DNA of 64,000 nt from an uncultured Alphaproteobacteria bacterium (GCA_963931495.1 OZ007020.1:573880-637879), one strand, 5' to 3'. Positions 48,493-58,099 are shown, counted from the first letter of the stretch. Translations and numbers: made by a program. Notes: generated from the sequence alone by a model not told the origin.

Positions 48493-49819
48493 ACATTGAA
48501 TAAATTTTAATGTCACCCAGGTTAAAACAACCGTATTGGTCGCAAAAATTTGTGCCGCCATCAATGTAACATTCTTGTTCTGTTTTTGCACCAGCAGCAG
48601 ATGTTGAACCCGCCGGACACGGGGTTTCTATGCCATTGGGGCAATAATATCCGGCCTTGCAATCGCGGTAATGCGGAACCAATACGCGTTGCAGTTCATC
48701 CGTGAACATAAATGTATCGTCGGGATAGTATTTGCTGGTTGCGCATGATGTTTTTTTTGTGTCCACAATAAAGCAGTCGTAATGTGTAAAAACTTTACCA
48801 TGTTTATACCAAGTTTTTGGTAATGCTTTGACGGTACGTTCGGGCGCGTCGGAGTTATGTTTAACATTGAATGATACGTCGGCTTTGGTTGAAATATCGC
48901 CGCCGTTGTATTCTTGAAGATACCATATTTGGATATCATGTATTTCGTATTGTGCGTACAGATTTTTTTCGTCGTATGAACGCAAACTCATTTGATCAAA
49001 TTCGCCAGATGTACTTATTACAAGATTCACATCAGATGCATCGTCTGAGCTGGAATAATAGCCCAAGAATTTATAATATTCTGTGGATGGCTGGTTATAT
49101 TTAGACGGCATATTGGATTGGCCATCTATGCCATTATCCCAAACCAATGTTATTGTTTGGTCAGAATATGTTTTTGGTAAATTTTCCGTATATGGATTAT
49201 TATGTTTTAATGTAATTTTGTATTCATTCGGTATGCAGCGATCGTCATGACCGTTGTTTGTACTGTTGGGCGCGGTTGAACCAGAACCAAAGAATTCCAA
49301 ATCTTTATCATTTCCGTGATATCCGTCGCGACATTTGTAACAGCCTTTTTCCGTGTTGTCCCAATAATATCCAGATTGGCACACCAGTCGCCATGGGCAA
49401 TTGTCCTGTGTGTTACCATATGCGTTCAGCAAATCGTCATCAAATGAATATTTTGTTGAATTATTTGGTGATTTTGGCGTACTGCAAGTATGGCTGCACA
49501 TTGTTAAATCATGCAGCCCCGCTGATCCGGTACCTGCGGGTGGCAAGTATGTCCCAGGTTCGCACTGTAAGCACGAAAAGTTTTTTTGATCATATGAACA
49601 TCCGGGGGCGCATTTGAATCCCACACTGCATGTGACAGACGGGTCATGCAATTCATTGCCACAATACAAATAACAAACTTCTGTGTTGGGGGGCCATGTG
49701 TCTGGCAGTAATGTTTCTGGATCATCAGCACCCGCCGCAGCAAGCGCAGATTGCATTGCTGGTAATGTTGTGCATATCAGACAGAATGTATACGATATTA
49801 TATTTTTTTTGATGTTCAT
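48491..49819 (-). CDS. Large secreted Cys-rich CxxGYY/CxxC-repeat protein (paralog family)
   Basis: 442 aa; signal peptide MNIKKNIISYTFCLICTTLPAMQSALA; CLQCEPGTYLPPAG, CQSGYYWDNTEKGCYKCRDGYHG, CKAGYYCPNGIETPCPAGS. Confidence 0.6.
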   Translation of the reverse strand: MNIKKNIISYTFCLICTTLPAMQSALAAAGADDPETLLPDTWPPNTEVCYLYCGNELHDPSVTCSVGFKCAPGCSYDQKNFSCLQCEPGTYLPPAGTGSAGLHDLTMCSHTCSTPKSPNNSTKYSFDDDLLNAYGNTQDNCPWRLVCQSGYYWDNTEKGCYKCRDGYHGNDKDLEFFGSGSTAPNSTNNGHDDRCIPNEYKITLKHNNPYTENLPKTYSDQTITLVWDNGIDGQSNMPSKYNQPSTEYYKFLGYYSSSDDASDVNLVISTSGEFDQMSLRSYDEKNLYAQYEIHDIQIWYLQEYNGGDISTKADVSFNVKHNSDAPERTVKALPKTWYKHGKVFTHYDCFIVDTKKTSCATSKYYPDDTFMFTDELQRVLVPHYRDCKAGYYCPNGIETPCPAGSTSAAGAKTEQECYIDGGTNFCDQYGCFNLGDIKIYSM

Positions 49820-49830
49820 GAGAATCTAAA

Positions 49831-50286
49831 TCAATGTTGTTTTTCTTGGTTGATTGTCCATCCATTTTGGATAAACCATAAACTGTCAGCAGGTATTTTA
49901 GATGCTTCGCCGGGGCGAAAATCAAAATTGCCGTGTCCGCGAATTTTGGGTGACATGTTTATTATTGGTTCCAACTGTAAATGGCGCAGGCTGGTGATGT
50001 TGTTGTACATCATACGACGCCATGAACCTGTGGCGTGCAGGTAAATTGTTTCTGTGCCAGGGTGTGACATATAATAGTCTAATATATCACTGGGGCGAAT
50101 TGTGCCGTCACTGTTCATATCATATACAGTTTGTGTGTTGTTAATATCAAACTGTATGGTGATTTCAGATGGTGCCGGTGCCCATGTTATTTCAGGGTCA
50201 CAAGATGTTACCAGCCCTGCCCCGGCAATACCCAGTGCGGGTAATAATGTTTTTATTTTGTATGGTATAATTTGTTGAAACTTCAT
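49831..50286 (-). CDS. Lipoprotein, tandem paralog 1
   Basis: Start MKFQQIIPYKIK at 50286; lipobox LVTSC; ~45% identical to upstream neighbour (shared ...NFDFRPGEASKIPADSLWFIQNGWTIN...). Confidence 0.55.
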   Translation of the reverse strand: MKFQQIIPYKIKTLLPALGIAGAGLVTSCDPEITWAPAPSEITIQFDINNTQTVYDMNSDGTIRPSDILDYYMSHPGTETIYLHATGSWRRMMYNNITSLRHLQLEPIINMSPKIRGHGNFDFRPGEASKIPADSLWFIQNGWTINQEKQH

Positions 50287-50291
50287 GTCTG

Positions 50292-50735
50292 TTACCGTTG
50301 TTTTTGGTTGTTTATTGCCCACCCATTTTGCACAATCCATGCACTGTCGGATGGTACTTTTGACGCTTCGCCGGGGCGAAAGTTAAAATTGCCATTCCCA
50401 TAAATTTTTGGTGAATAATTTTTTGCTGGTTCAAGAACGTTTGTACGTAAATTATGTATATCGTCGCTGAATAACGTGTTATAGTTTCCAGATGCAACAA
50501 TATAAACTGTGTCTGTATAATCATAATCGGCGTATGAATATACCATATCCATAAATTCTTGATTGCCGTCGTTATATATGGAATTCGTTCCACCCGGCAG
50601 TATCAGTTGGATGCTGCGTTGCGGAACGGTTAACGGTTCATTTTTTTCACACGACGTGGTTAATCCACATCCGATTAACCCGAATATTGGGATGATATGT
50701 TTCAATTTATATGGCGTAATTTGTTTGAATGACAT
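50292..50735 (-). CDS. Lipoprotein, tandem paralog 2
   Basis: Start MSFKQITPYKLK at 50735; lipobox LTTSC; NFNFRPGEASKVPSDSAWIVQNGWAIN. Confidence 0.55.
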   Translation of the reverse strand: MSFKQITPYKLKHIIPIFGLIGCGLTTSCEKNEPLTVPQRSIQLILPGGTNSIYNDGNQEFMDMVYSYADYDYTDTVYIVASGNYNTLFSDDIHNLRTNVLEPAKNYSPKIYGNGNFNFRPGEASKVPSDSAWIVQNGWAINNQKQR

Positions 50736-50784
50736 ATGACCTGTTCCCCTTTGTCTTGTTTTATTTTTCAAGGATATAAAAAAC

Positions 50785-50901
50785 TGCCGAATCTAAACGG
50801 AGGTTTATATTCGGCACAAATGGATAAATAAAAATGGCGGAATATCGGGTGTTTTTTTTTCAGTTAATGTAAATAAAAAAAACCTCCGTTTAGATTCGGC
50901 A
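50785..50901. repeat. Paired palindromic element copy C (units 50785-50816 and 50880-50901), GGAGG/CCTCC variant, flanked by T/A runs on both sides
   Basis: tgccgaatctaaacggaggtttatattcggca (self-palindromic) and aaacctccgtttagattcggca = exact reverse complement of first 22 nt; lies between pfk stop and lipoprotein-gene start. Confidence 0.8.
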
Positions 50902-50966
50902 GGCTTTTTTGTTGTCTATGCACTGATTATATTGGCTTTTTAATCCATTGGCAAGAATTTTTTCGT

Positions 50967-52052
50967 TCATTTTTCTGTGCCGATATAAATACCAAGATTT
51001 CGGGCAATTTGTAACAGTGAATCATCCGGCGCAACAAATGCGTCAGATGTCATCACGTCTGGGATATTCGGATCCGCAGATACATAACCGGCATCAAAAA
51101 AATCGGACAGACTGACCGTCTTGCATTCACAGTCATTTATTGCCGTCATGACGTACGTTTCGTTGTTTTCAATTGCGTTTAATGCGCAATCCGCCATGCG
51201 GGTTGCCAATATTCGGTCGTTCGCTGTTGTGTCGCCAACACGTTGGGTGTGTTCCGGATATGCTGTGCGATTTATAATGCCAGACGCAGTTAATTTACGC
51301 GATATCATATCAGCCGGTCGGCCAGAATGTCCACGCAGCGATATTCCTTCGGATACCAAGATAATGCCATAATCTTGGTGCGATTTGTTTATGTGTGATA
51401 CCAGTTCATTGACATCAAATTTTATTTCTGGAATCAATATCGCCGTTGCACCAATCGCAACCCCGGCATGTAACGCCAATTGACCGCAGTCGCGCCCCAT
51501 TGTTTGTACAACAAACCAACGATGATGACTGCGTGCAGTCAGCATTAATTGGTCGCAAAATGTTGTTAATTGTTGGACCGCAGTGTCAAATCCGATTGTG
51601 CGACAGGTCAGTGGGATGTCCATGTCAATTGTTTTAGGAATGCAGATTAATTGAACGTCTTGATATATATCGCGATTACACCATGCCAAAGATATACTGC
51701 CGTTGCCACCGATTAAAACCAATGCGTCCAATCCTAAATCGCGTAATGATTTTTTCAGGCGACGATTAAAATGTGCCAGTCGTCCAGATGTTGCCGCAGT
51801 TTCAAAATTCAGGGCCCCTGGATGACCGTTGTGCAAAAAACTGCCCGCCATGCGTGCACATTCTGTGGGCAGTGTATCCCAGTCAAACTTTATAATTCGG
51901 GGGGGCGTTGTGCATAATCCGTCGGTACCATCTTGGATTCCGATTACCCGCCATCCGCGTATCATGGCACCACGAACCAGGCGATGTATCGCAGTGTTCA
52001 ATCCAGAACAATCACCGCCTGTCGTCATAATTCCAATCGTTTTTGATTTCAT
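50967..52052 (-). CDS. pfkA: 6-phosphofructokinase
   Basis: Start MKSKTIGIMTTGGDCSGLNTAI at 52052; PFK family GGDGS-like and MGRDCG motifs; ATP vs PPi dependence not decidable. Confidence 0.8.
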   Translation of the reverse strand: MKSKTIGIMTTGGDCSGLNTAIHRLVRGAMIRGWRVIGIQDGTDGLCTTPPRIIKFDWDTLPTECARMAGSFLHNGHPGALNFETAATSGRLAHFNRRLKKSLRDLGLDALVLIGGNGSISLAWCNRDIYQDVQLICIPKTIDMDIPLTCRTIGFDTAVQQLTTFCDQLMLTARSHHRWFVVQTMGRDCGQLALHAGVAIGATAILIPEIKFDVNELVSHINKSHQDYGIILVSEGISLRGHSGRPADMISRKLTASGIINRTAYPEHTQRVGDTTANDRILATRMADCALNAIENNETYVMTAINDCECKTVSLSDFFDAGYVSADPNIPDVMTSDAFVAPDDSLLQIARNLGIYIGTEK

Positions 52053-52172
52053 ATTATTGTTCCTGTATTTTACCACGTTGATTATATCATAAATTAAATT
52101 GACAAAGAATATATTTTTGCAATAATTTGTCCAAACCAAGATGTTAATTTTTACCACCAAGGATAATCCATT

Positions 52173-53357
52173 ATGTTCAAAAATAATAAATCAAATATTG
52201 GAAAAACAAAGCGTTCAACGGATGATTTGATTGACAGTGCCGTGGCACAACAAAATGCGTGGTTGGAAAATCGCCGTACGTTTGCACGACGCTTTTTGAA
52301 GACATTGAATATTTTTGCACGCCCATCGCCAAAGAAAGATTCTGATACAGTCGTTTCAACAGTTGTATCAGACAGCAAAAATAAAAAGCGTGGCGGTGTG
52401 TTGCGGGCATATTGGTTCCCATTACTGTGTGCACTGTTTGCTGTTTGTGTTTTAATATGGGGGCTGTTTATTCGTGATAATTCAGGGGTGACAGTTATCA
52501 TGACGCCGTCTGTGCCAGAACCAATTGTACAGCCGGTGAATGATACTGTGCCAGATGCGGTTGTTGAACAACCGACTGTGCCCATGTTTGATATCGTGCG
52601 TATTGAACCACGTGGAACAATTGTCGTTGCAGGTCGCTGGATGGCGGACAAGAATATTTCTGTGGTTATAAATGGTGAAATCGCATCCACTGGACGTACG
52701 GATGCAAATGGCGAATTTGTATATGCACCACGTAATCCATTGGATCCAGGTAACTATACAATTTCGTTAATCGGTATTGACCCAGAAACAAAATCAGAAG
52801 ACAGTGTGTTTGTCTATATTTCTGATTTCGGATATAAAAATTCTGTTTCGTTGTTGATGACCCCAGATGGCAGCACATTATTACAGACACCAACAATGTT
52901 GGTTGATGGTGATTTGTCTGTTTCCAAAATAGATTATTTGGATACCGGACGCATCGTTGTAACCGGGGACGCATTGCCGCGTATGCGCGTATCTGTATCG
53001 TTGGATGGGAAATACGTCGGATTCGCCCGTGTGTCTGATTATCGGCACTTTGGTTTGGGGGCAGATGTCGGCGAATTAACCCCAGGCACCGAATATGAAT
53101 TGACTGTTCGTTTGCATGATGGTGATGGACGTACAATATCACAAATTACACGCCAATTTATTATGCCAGAAATGACCGGTGATGACGATACATATTACAC
53201 GGTTCGTCGTGGTGATTGTTTGTGGGTTATCGCGCGTAACTTTCTGCGTCGTGGTGTTTTGTTCAGCATAATTGCAGAACGCAATAATATTGAAAATCCA
53301 GATTTGATTTTTCCAGAACAAAATTTGAAAATTCCAACGGGTGGGGAAAATAAGTAA
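52173..53357 (+). CDS. Membrane-anchored protein with Ig-like/beta-sandwich repeats and C-terminal LysM peptidoglycan-binding domain
   Basis: 394 aa; TM YWFPLLCALFAVCVLIWGLFI; C-terminal YYTVRRGDCLWVIARNF...IENPDLIFPEQNLKIP LysM. Confidence 0.6.
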   Translation: MFKNNKSNIGKTKRSTDDLIDSAVAQQNAWLENRRTFARRFLKTLNIFARPSPKKDSDTVVSTVVSDSKNKKRGGVLRAYWFPLLCALFAVCVLIWGLFIRDNSGVTVIMTPSVPEPIVQPVNDTVPDAVVEQPTVPMFDIVRIEPRGTIVVAGRWMADKNISVVINGEIASTGRTDANGEFVYAPRNPLDPGNYTISLIGIDPETKSEDSVFVYISDFGYKNSVSLLMTPDGSTLLQTPTMLVDGDLSVSKIDYLDTGRIVVTGDALPRMRVSVSLDGKYVGFARVSDYRHFGLGADVGELTPGTEYELTVRLHDGDGRTISQITRQFIMPEMTGDDDTYYTVRRGDCLWVIARNFLRRGVLFSIIAERNNIENPDLIFPEQNLKIPTGGENK

Positions 53358-53614
53358 TGAATGAAAAACGCCAAGAAAAGCAACAATTTTTTAAGCCAAC
53401 TGTTAATTCGCAACAGATTGAGTTTGCAGAAATTGTTGCATTGGCGGAATCATTGATTCGGCGTGCTGATGCAATTGGCGCATTCGCAATAATGCGTCAG
53501 TTGGAACAGTTGCGTAAAAGTCTGATGGTGACAAACGTCAATAAAAAAATGATGCGTGTTGCAGGTGCAAAGTTGGAGAAACTGGAACATGAATTGAATC
53601 AGAAAATCAGATAA
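53357..53614 (+). CDS. Small hypothetical coiled-coil protein
   Basis: 85 aa, start overlaps previous stop; no motif. Confidence 0.3.
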   Translation: MNEKRQEKQQFFKPTVNSQQIEFAEIVALAESLIRRADAIGAFAIMRQLEQLRKSLMVTNVNKKMMRVAGAKLEKLEHELNQKIR

Positions 53615-53624
53615 GGATACGATA

Positions 53625-54116
53625 ATGAAAAACATATTTGGATATTTTGTTGGTATTTTACTGTTTTTGGTGTTTTTTCCAGTGCTGATGTACATTGTGG
53701 CCGTTAATTTTGTTTTGCCCATAAATTCATTGATTGCCAGTGTGATTGGTATAATTTTGGGATTGATTGGTGTATTCTTTATGATTTGGTCAAATATAGA
53801 TATGGTAAGAATTGGGCGCGGTTGCCCAACAGATGGATTTAATATCGCATTGGGCGAACGTACCAAGAAATTGATTGTCCAGGGACCGTATAAATACACG
53901 CGTAATCCGATGCTGTTTGGTACATTCGTTTTTTACGTCGGATTGGCGTTGCTGTTTAATTCTTATTCTGCGTTGATTGTGCCAATTGTATTTATTTCAT
54001 ATATGGTGTGGCATGTAAAAAAATTTGAAGAACCCAGATTGTATAATGATTTTCAAGAAGAATATGCCGAATATAAAAAAAGAACACCGTTGTTATTTCC
54101 AAAATTAAAAAAATAA
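53625..54116 (+). CDS. Isoprenylcysteine carboxyl methyltransferase (ICMT)-family membrane methyltransferase
   Basis: 163 aa; 4 TM; YKYTRNPMLFG ... FEEPRL...EYAEYKKRTP C-terminal ICMT signature. Confidence 0.65.
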   Translation: MKNIFGYFVGILLFLVFFPVLMYIVAVNFVLPINSLIASVIGIILGLIGVFFMIWSNIDMVRIGRGCPTDGFNIALGERTKKLIVQGPYKYTRNPMLFGTFVFYVGLALLFNSYSALIVPIVFISYMVWHVKKFEEPRLYNDFQEEYAEYKKRTPLLFPKLKK

Positions 54117-54143
54117 AACCGACGCTGGGGTCGGCTTGATTTT

Positions 54144-54217
54144 TGGTGCGGGCGAAGGGAATCGAACCCTCGTCTTCAGCTTGGGAAGCTGACGTGCTGC
54201 CATTATACCACGCCCGC
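54144..54217 (-). tRNA. tRNA-Gly (anticodon CCC), CCA encoded
   Basis: Revcomp GCGGGCGTGGTATAATGGCAGCACGTCAGCTTCCCAAGCTGAAGACGAGGGTTCGATTCCCTTCGCCCGCACCA. Confidence 0.9.
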
Positions 54218-54332
54218 GATGTGCCTGATTCTATAATATGTATAAAAAAATGTCCAGTTTTTATTTGTTGTTGATTTTTTTGTGGCATGGGCCTAGGATT
54301 TATAACTGCTATACCAATAAAGGGAGTTTATT

Positions 54333-55586
54333 ATGGCAAATGAAAATATGAATCCGTTAATTGGTGCCCAGCAACGTGTTAAAGTCGCATGTGAAAAATT
54401 GGGCATGCCGGCGGATGTTTATGAAATTCTGAAATATCCACAACGTATCATAGAGGTTTCAATCCCTGTTAAAATGGACGATGGTTCTGTTCGTACGTTC
54501 ACAGGGTTCCGGGCCCAGCATAATACCGCCATTGGCCCGTCCAAAGGTGGTGTGCGTTTCCATCCAAATGTGACGCGTGACGAAGTTGCAGCACTGTCAA
54601 TATGGATGACGTTCAAATGTTCTGTGACCGGTATTCCATATGGTGGCGGCAAAGGTGGAATAATTGTTGACCCAAAAGAATTATCTGATGGTGAACTGGA
54701 ACGTTTGTGTCGCGGATATGTTGATGCGATTTATCCGATTCTGGGTGAAAAGCGCGATGTGCCGGCGCCAGATGTTAATACCAATGGTCAAATTATGGCA
54801 TGGATGATTGACGAATATATCAAATTATCTGGCGAATCATCATTTGGTACATTTACTGGCAAACCGGTTGAATTGGCGGGTTCCAAGGGACGCAATGCCG
54901 CAACTGGTTTGGGAATTTCCATCATCATCGCCAAAGCGTTGGAAAAACAAGGTAAAGAAATGCGCGGTGCACGCATTGCCATCCAGGGATTTGGCAATGT
55001 CGGCAGTTTTACCGCAAAATGCAGCCATGATATGGGCGCGAAAATCGTTGCAATTGCAGAATGGAATACAATACTGTACAACGAAGACGGGCTGGATATT
55101 GATGCGCTGATGAAATTCAAGGCAGATAACAAAGGCAGCATCAAGGGATTTCCGGGGGCATCTGAAATCAGTACGGATGAATTCTGGGGTTTAGATGTTG
55201 ATGTGTTGTCGCCGTGTGCGATGGAAAATACAATCAACAAAGATACCGCACCACTGATTAAAACAAAGTTGGTCGTTGAAGGTGCAAATGGCCCAACAAC
55301 ACTGGATGGCGAAGAAATATTGTTGAAAAACGGTGTTACTGTTATCCCAGATATCCTGGCAAATGCCGGCGGTGTGACGGTTTCTTACTTTGAATGGGTT
55401 CAAAATCGCTATGGTTATTACTGGGGCGAAAAAGAAGTAGAAGAAAAAGAAGAAATCGCCATGAAAGATGCATTTGATGCAATTTATAAGATCAAAGAAG
55501 AATATAATGTGTCAATGCGCGAAGCCGCGTACATGCATTCTATTAAGCGTGTGGCGGGCGCAATGAAACTGCGTGGATGGTATTAA
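54333..55586 (+). CDS. Glutamate dehydrogenase (Glu/Leu/Phe/Val dehydrogenase family, ~420-aa bacterial type)
   Basis: 417 aa; GPSKGGVRFHP catalytic Lys motif; GFGNVGS Rossmann motif. Confidence 0.85.
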   Translation: MANENMNPLIGAQQRVKVACEKLGMPADVYEILKYPQRIIEVSIPVKMDDGSVRTFTGFRAQHNTAIGPSKGGVRFHPNVTRDEVAALSIWMTFKCSVTGIPYGGGKGGIIVDPKELSDGELERLCRGYVDAIYPILGEKRDVPAPDVNTNGQIMAWMIDEYIKLSGESSFGTFTGKPVELAGSKGRNAATGLGISIIIAKALEKQGKEMRGARIAIQGFGNVGSFTAKCSHDMGAKIVAIAEWNTILYNEDGLDIDALMKFKADNKGSIKGFPGASEISTDEFWGLDVDVLSPCAMENTINKDTAPLIKTKLVVEGANGPTTLDGEEILLKNGVTVIPDILANAGGVTVSYFEWVQNRYGYYWGEKEVEEKEEIAMKDAFDAIYKIKEEYNVSMREAAYMHSIKRVAGAMKLRGWY

Positions 55587-55609
55587 GACGTATGTTTGGT
55601 GTAAATAAA

Positions 55610-55632
55610 AATCCCCGTTTGGGGATTTTTAT
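55610..55632. terminator. Bidirectional terminator between gdh and lipoprotein gene
   Basis: aatcccc-gttt-ggggatt + ttttatttttg. Confidence 0.7.
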
Positions 55633-55652
55633 TTTTGTTTGTTTTGCCAGAA

Positions 55653-56066
55653 TTATTCGGAACAAACTTCAACCGCATAGAATTGATTATTGTTCATGTC
55701 ATCCGCGGTGCCACAGAACAGACGGAATCCGCATTTGTTTTCTGGTGTTCCCATCATTTGCATTGTGTTGTCTGGGATTATGTTCAACAGACATTTGCCT
55801 TCGGTAACATATTGTGCCGGATTGTCAATTGACATAAATGCAACAGTTTGTTTTTTATTTGCAATTTCACGCAGAACTTCTGTTTCTGGCAATGCGATGA
55901 CATAGTCGCCACTGGTCCCCAATGCAACAATTTGTGTCACGCCGTTTGTGGCCGCATCCTGTTGGATTTCTGTTTGGATGGCATTAAAGTCTTCGGGTGT
56001 TGGTGCGGGGGCATCGCATGCCGCCAATGTCACAGCAGCCAAGGCAAATAAAGATAATTTTTTCAT
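55653..56066 (-). CDS. Lipoprotein, unknown function
   Basis: 137 aa; MKKLSLFALAAVTLAAC lipobox. Confidence 0.5.
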   Translation of the reverse strand: MKKLSLFALAAVTLAACDAPAPTPEDFNAIQTEIQQDAATNGVTQIVALGTSGDYVIALPETEVLREIANKKQTVAFMSIDNPAQYVTEGKCLLNIIPDNTMQMMGTPENKCGFRLFCGTADDMNNNQFYAVEVCSE

Positions 56067-56124
56067 TTTGTGCTCTCCTTTTTACGGTTTACGTCCGAAT
56101 TATATCATAAAAATTTATTAAATG

Positions 56125-56153
56125 TTGACTTTTTTATTTTTTACTGCATAATA
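56125..56153 (+). promoter_or_regulatory. Sigma70-like promoter of rpsP operon (-35 TTGACT, 17-nt spacer, -10 ATAATA/CATAAT) with ~140-nt leader
   Basis: Hexamers at 56125-56130 and 56148-56153. Confidence 0.4.
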
Positions 56154-56294
56154 TCCCGTGCAAATCCCATAAAAGATTGCCATTGTTGTAAATCCAGTGC
56201 GCGGTGCGCATGGTGCATCATCCGACGAGTATTCGTCCTTGATGGCGGTTTTCTTTGTGGGCAAACAGTTATATGAAGTTTAAGGAGCAAAATT

Positions 56295-56765
56295 ATGGCA
56301 ACTGTTATCAGATTGGCGCGTTTCGGTGCAAAAAAGCGTCCGTATTATCATGTCGTGGTTACAGATTCACGCAATGCGCGTAATTCTGGAAATATTTTGG
56401 CAACTGTGGGAAAATATAACCCGATGTTACCACGCGATAATGAAAATCGTGTTGTGTTGAATGTTGATGAGGTCAAGTCTTGGTTGGCCAAGGGTGCAAA
56501 ACCATCAGATCGTGTATATCGCTTTTTGGCGAATGCCGGATTGGTTGCAGCGCGCGTTGTCCCGAACCAAACGAAAAAGAATCAACAGTCTGAAAAGACA
56601 TTGATGAAAATCAAAGATAAACAAGAAAAATTGGCAAAAATAGCCGAAGAAAAAGCAGCCGCCGAAGCAGCCGCCAAGGCCGCTGCCGAAGCGCCAGCCG
56701 AAGAATCGGCACCGGCCGCCGCAGAAGATGCGCCAGCCGAAGAATCTGCGCCAGTTGCGGAATAA
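56295..56765 (+). CDS. rpsP: 30S ribosomal protein S16 with ~70-aa Lys/Ala/Glu-rich C-terminal extension
   Basis: MATVIRLARFGAKKRPYYHVVVTDSRNARN; tail AEEKAAAEAAAKAAAEAPAEESAPAAAE. Confidence 0.85.
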   Translation: MATVIRLARFGAKKRPYYHVVVTDSRNARNSGNILATVGKYNPMLPRDNENRVVLNVDEVKSWLAKGAKPSDRVYRFLANAGLVAARVVPNQTKKNQQSEKTLMKIKDKQEKLAKIAEEKAAAEAAAKAAAEAPAEESAPAAAEDAPAEESAPVAE

Positions 56766-56772
56766 TTTTGCG

Positions 56773-56795
56773 TATGCCCGGGGGTAACCCGGGCA
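56773..56795 (+). terminator. GC-rich hairpin + U-stretch immediately after rpsP (intra-operon attenuator/partial terminator)
   Basis: atgcccggg-ggtaa-cccgggcat then ggttttctg. Confidence 0.5.
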
Positions 56796-56827
56796 TGGTT
56801 TTCTGTTGAATAAAGGATTGTGTCAAT

Positions 56828-57016
56828 ATGCCAAAATGTCCGGTGAATCCTGATATAGAATGTGAATATTCTTTTCGTGCGTGGGAATGTCGTCGTCAAA
56901 TTGATTTTGCCGCCGCGCGTAATTATGAATACTATATTTATGAAAATGACGGTTGCCCTGCTATGCCGGAATATTGCAGTCGTTTGTACAAATTAAAGAA
57001 ACAGCAGCAGAGGTAG
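56828..57016 (+). CDS. Small Cys-containing protein (6 Cys in 62 aa), inserted in rpsP operon
   Basis: MPKCPVNPDIECEYSFRAWECRR...DGCPAMPEYC; 3 nt before next ORF. Confidence 0.35.
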   Translation: MPKCPVNPDIECEYSFRAWECRRQIDFAAARNYEYYIYENDGCPAMPEYCSRLYKLKKQQQR

Positions 57017-57019
57017 ACG

Positions 57020-57262
57020 ATGCCAAAGAATAACAATCTTTGTCCATATGATATACTCGGTTCGTTGGCGTGTGATATGATATATCGTGACCAAGAACTG
57101 TATCGGCAAATGGATGTGCAATTGAAGTCAGGGGCAAAAATAAATATGTTTTTCAGTGCGGATTTATGCGCATGCGCGTGCAATTCGGAATTGTGTTCGC
57201 GGTATACAGAACATTTGATACGTAATTTGCGAAACTGTAAGAATCATTCAAATGGCCGATAA
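57020..57262 (+). CDS. Small Cys-containing protein (80 aa), inserted in rpsP operon
   Basis: MPKNNNLCPYDILGSLACDM...CACACNSELC; 3' end overlaps rimM start by 11 nt. Confidence 0.35.
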   Translation: MPKNNNLCPYDILGSLACDMIYRDQELYRQMDVQLKSGAKINMFFSADLCACACNSELCSRYTEHLIRNLRNCKNHSNGR

Positions 57263-57716
57263 TAAAAAAATCTTGGTTGGTAAAATTGTCGCACCCCAGG
57301 GAATCCGTGGCGAGTTGCGCGTGAATACATATACAGCAAATCCAACAGATATGCGCGATTTGCGTGTCATGTCGTCGCATTTTGCCGATGGTGCATTCCA
57401 TTTTGTGCGCGTGGTTCCATCGTCGTCGGTTATCATTGCGCACGTTGATGGTGTAAATGATCGGAATGCGGCTGAATCATTGCGTGGTACAGAATTGTTT
57501 ATAAATCGTGATGATTTGCCACAACTTGGTCCGGGGGAATATTACCAGGCGGATTTGGTTGGTATGCGGGTCATGCGAAATGGCGCGCAAATTGGTGTGG
57601 TGGATAATGTACAAAACTATGGTGGCGGTGATATCCTGGAACTGGATAGTGGTGATTTGATTGCGTTTAACAGTGTTGATGTAGATACAGAAAATAAAAC
57701 AATTTATATTCGGTGA
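57252..57716 (+). CDS. rimM: Ribosome maturation factor RimM
   Basis: ILVGKIVAPQGIRGELRV N-terminus, PRC-barrel C-terminus. Confidence 0.85.
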   Translation: MADNKKILVGKIVAPQGIRGELRVNTYTANPTDMRDLRVMSSHFADGAFHFVRVVPSSSVIIAHVDGVNDRNAAESLRGTELFINRDDLPQLGPGEYYQADLVGMRVMRNGAQIGVVDNVQNYGGGDILELDSGDLIAFNSVDVDTENKTIYIR

Positions 57717-58099
57717 TGAATATGAAACAGAAAATGCAAGGTTTGCCAAGAACTTTTATATCGGAATCCGAGAATTTTATTTATGCGTATATTCCGAAAT
57801 TGCCGGTTGTTTGCAAGGATGGCAGACGATATGCGTCGTGCGTATTTGTGTGCCCACAGTTTATGAATTATGATGTGGATAAATATGGACGGCGGATTAT
57901 TCCGAATTATGCGGTTTGTCCGTATGCCACCGAATTGACGGGACGTCCGGGCCAATGCGATGGCAAACGTGTTTGTTTGAATGGCGAAATTATAAGTGCG
58001 CTGTACAGATATAATCCTGTGAAACAAATAGGTGTTCCGGTACATGAATGGCAAATGATTAAGGCGGATTTAGCAAAAAGGAATCAAAATGGCAGATAA
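57713..58099 (+). CDS. Small Cys-rich protein (128 aa; 8 Cys incl. CxxxxxxC/CxxxxC pairs), inserted between rimM and trmD
   Basis: CKDGRRYASCVFVCPQF...AVCPYATELTGRPGQCDGKRVC; start overlaps rimM stop (ATGA). Confidence 0.4.
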   Translation: MMNMKQKMQGLPRTFISESENFIYAYIPKLPVVCKDGRRYASCVFVCPQFMNYDVDKYGRRIIPNYAVCPYATELTGRPGQCDGKRVCLNGEIISALYRYNPVKQIGVPVHEWQMIKADLAKRNQNGR

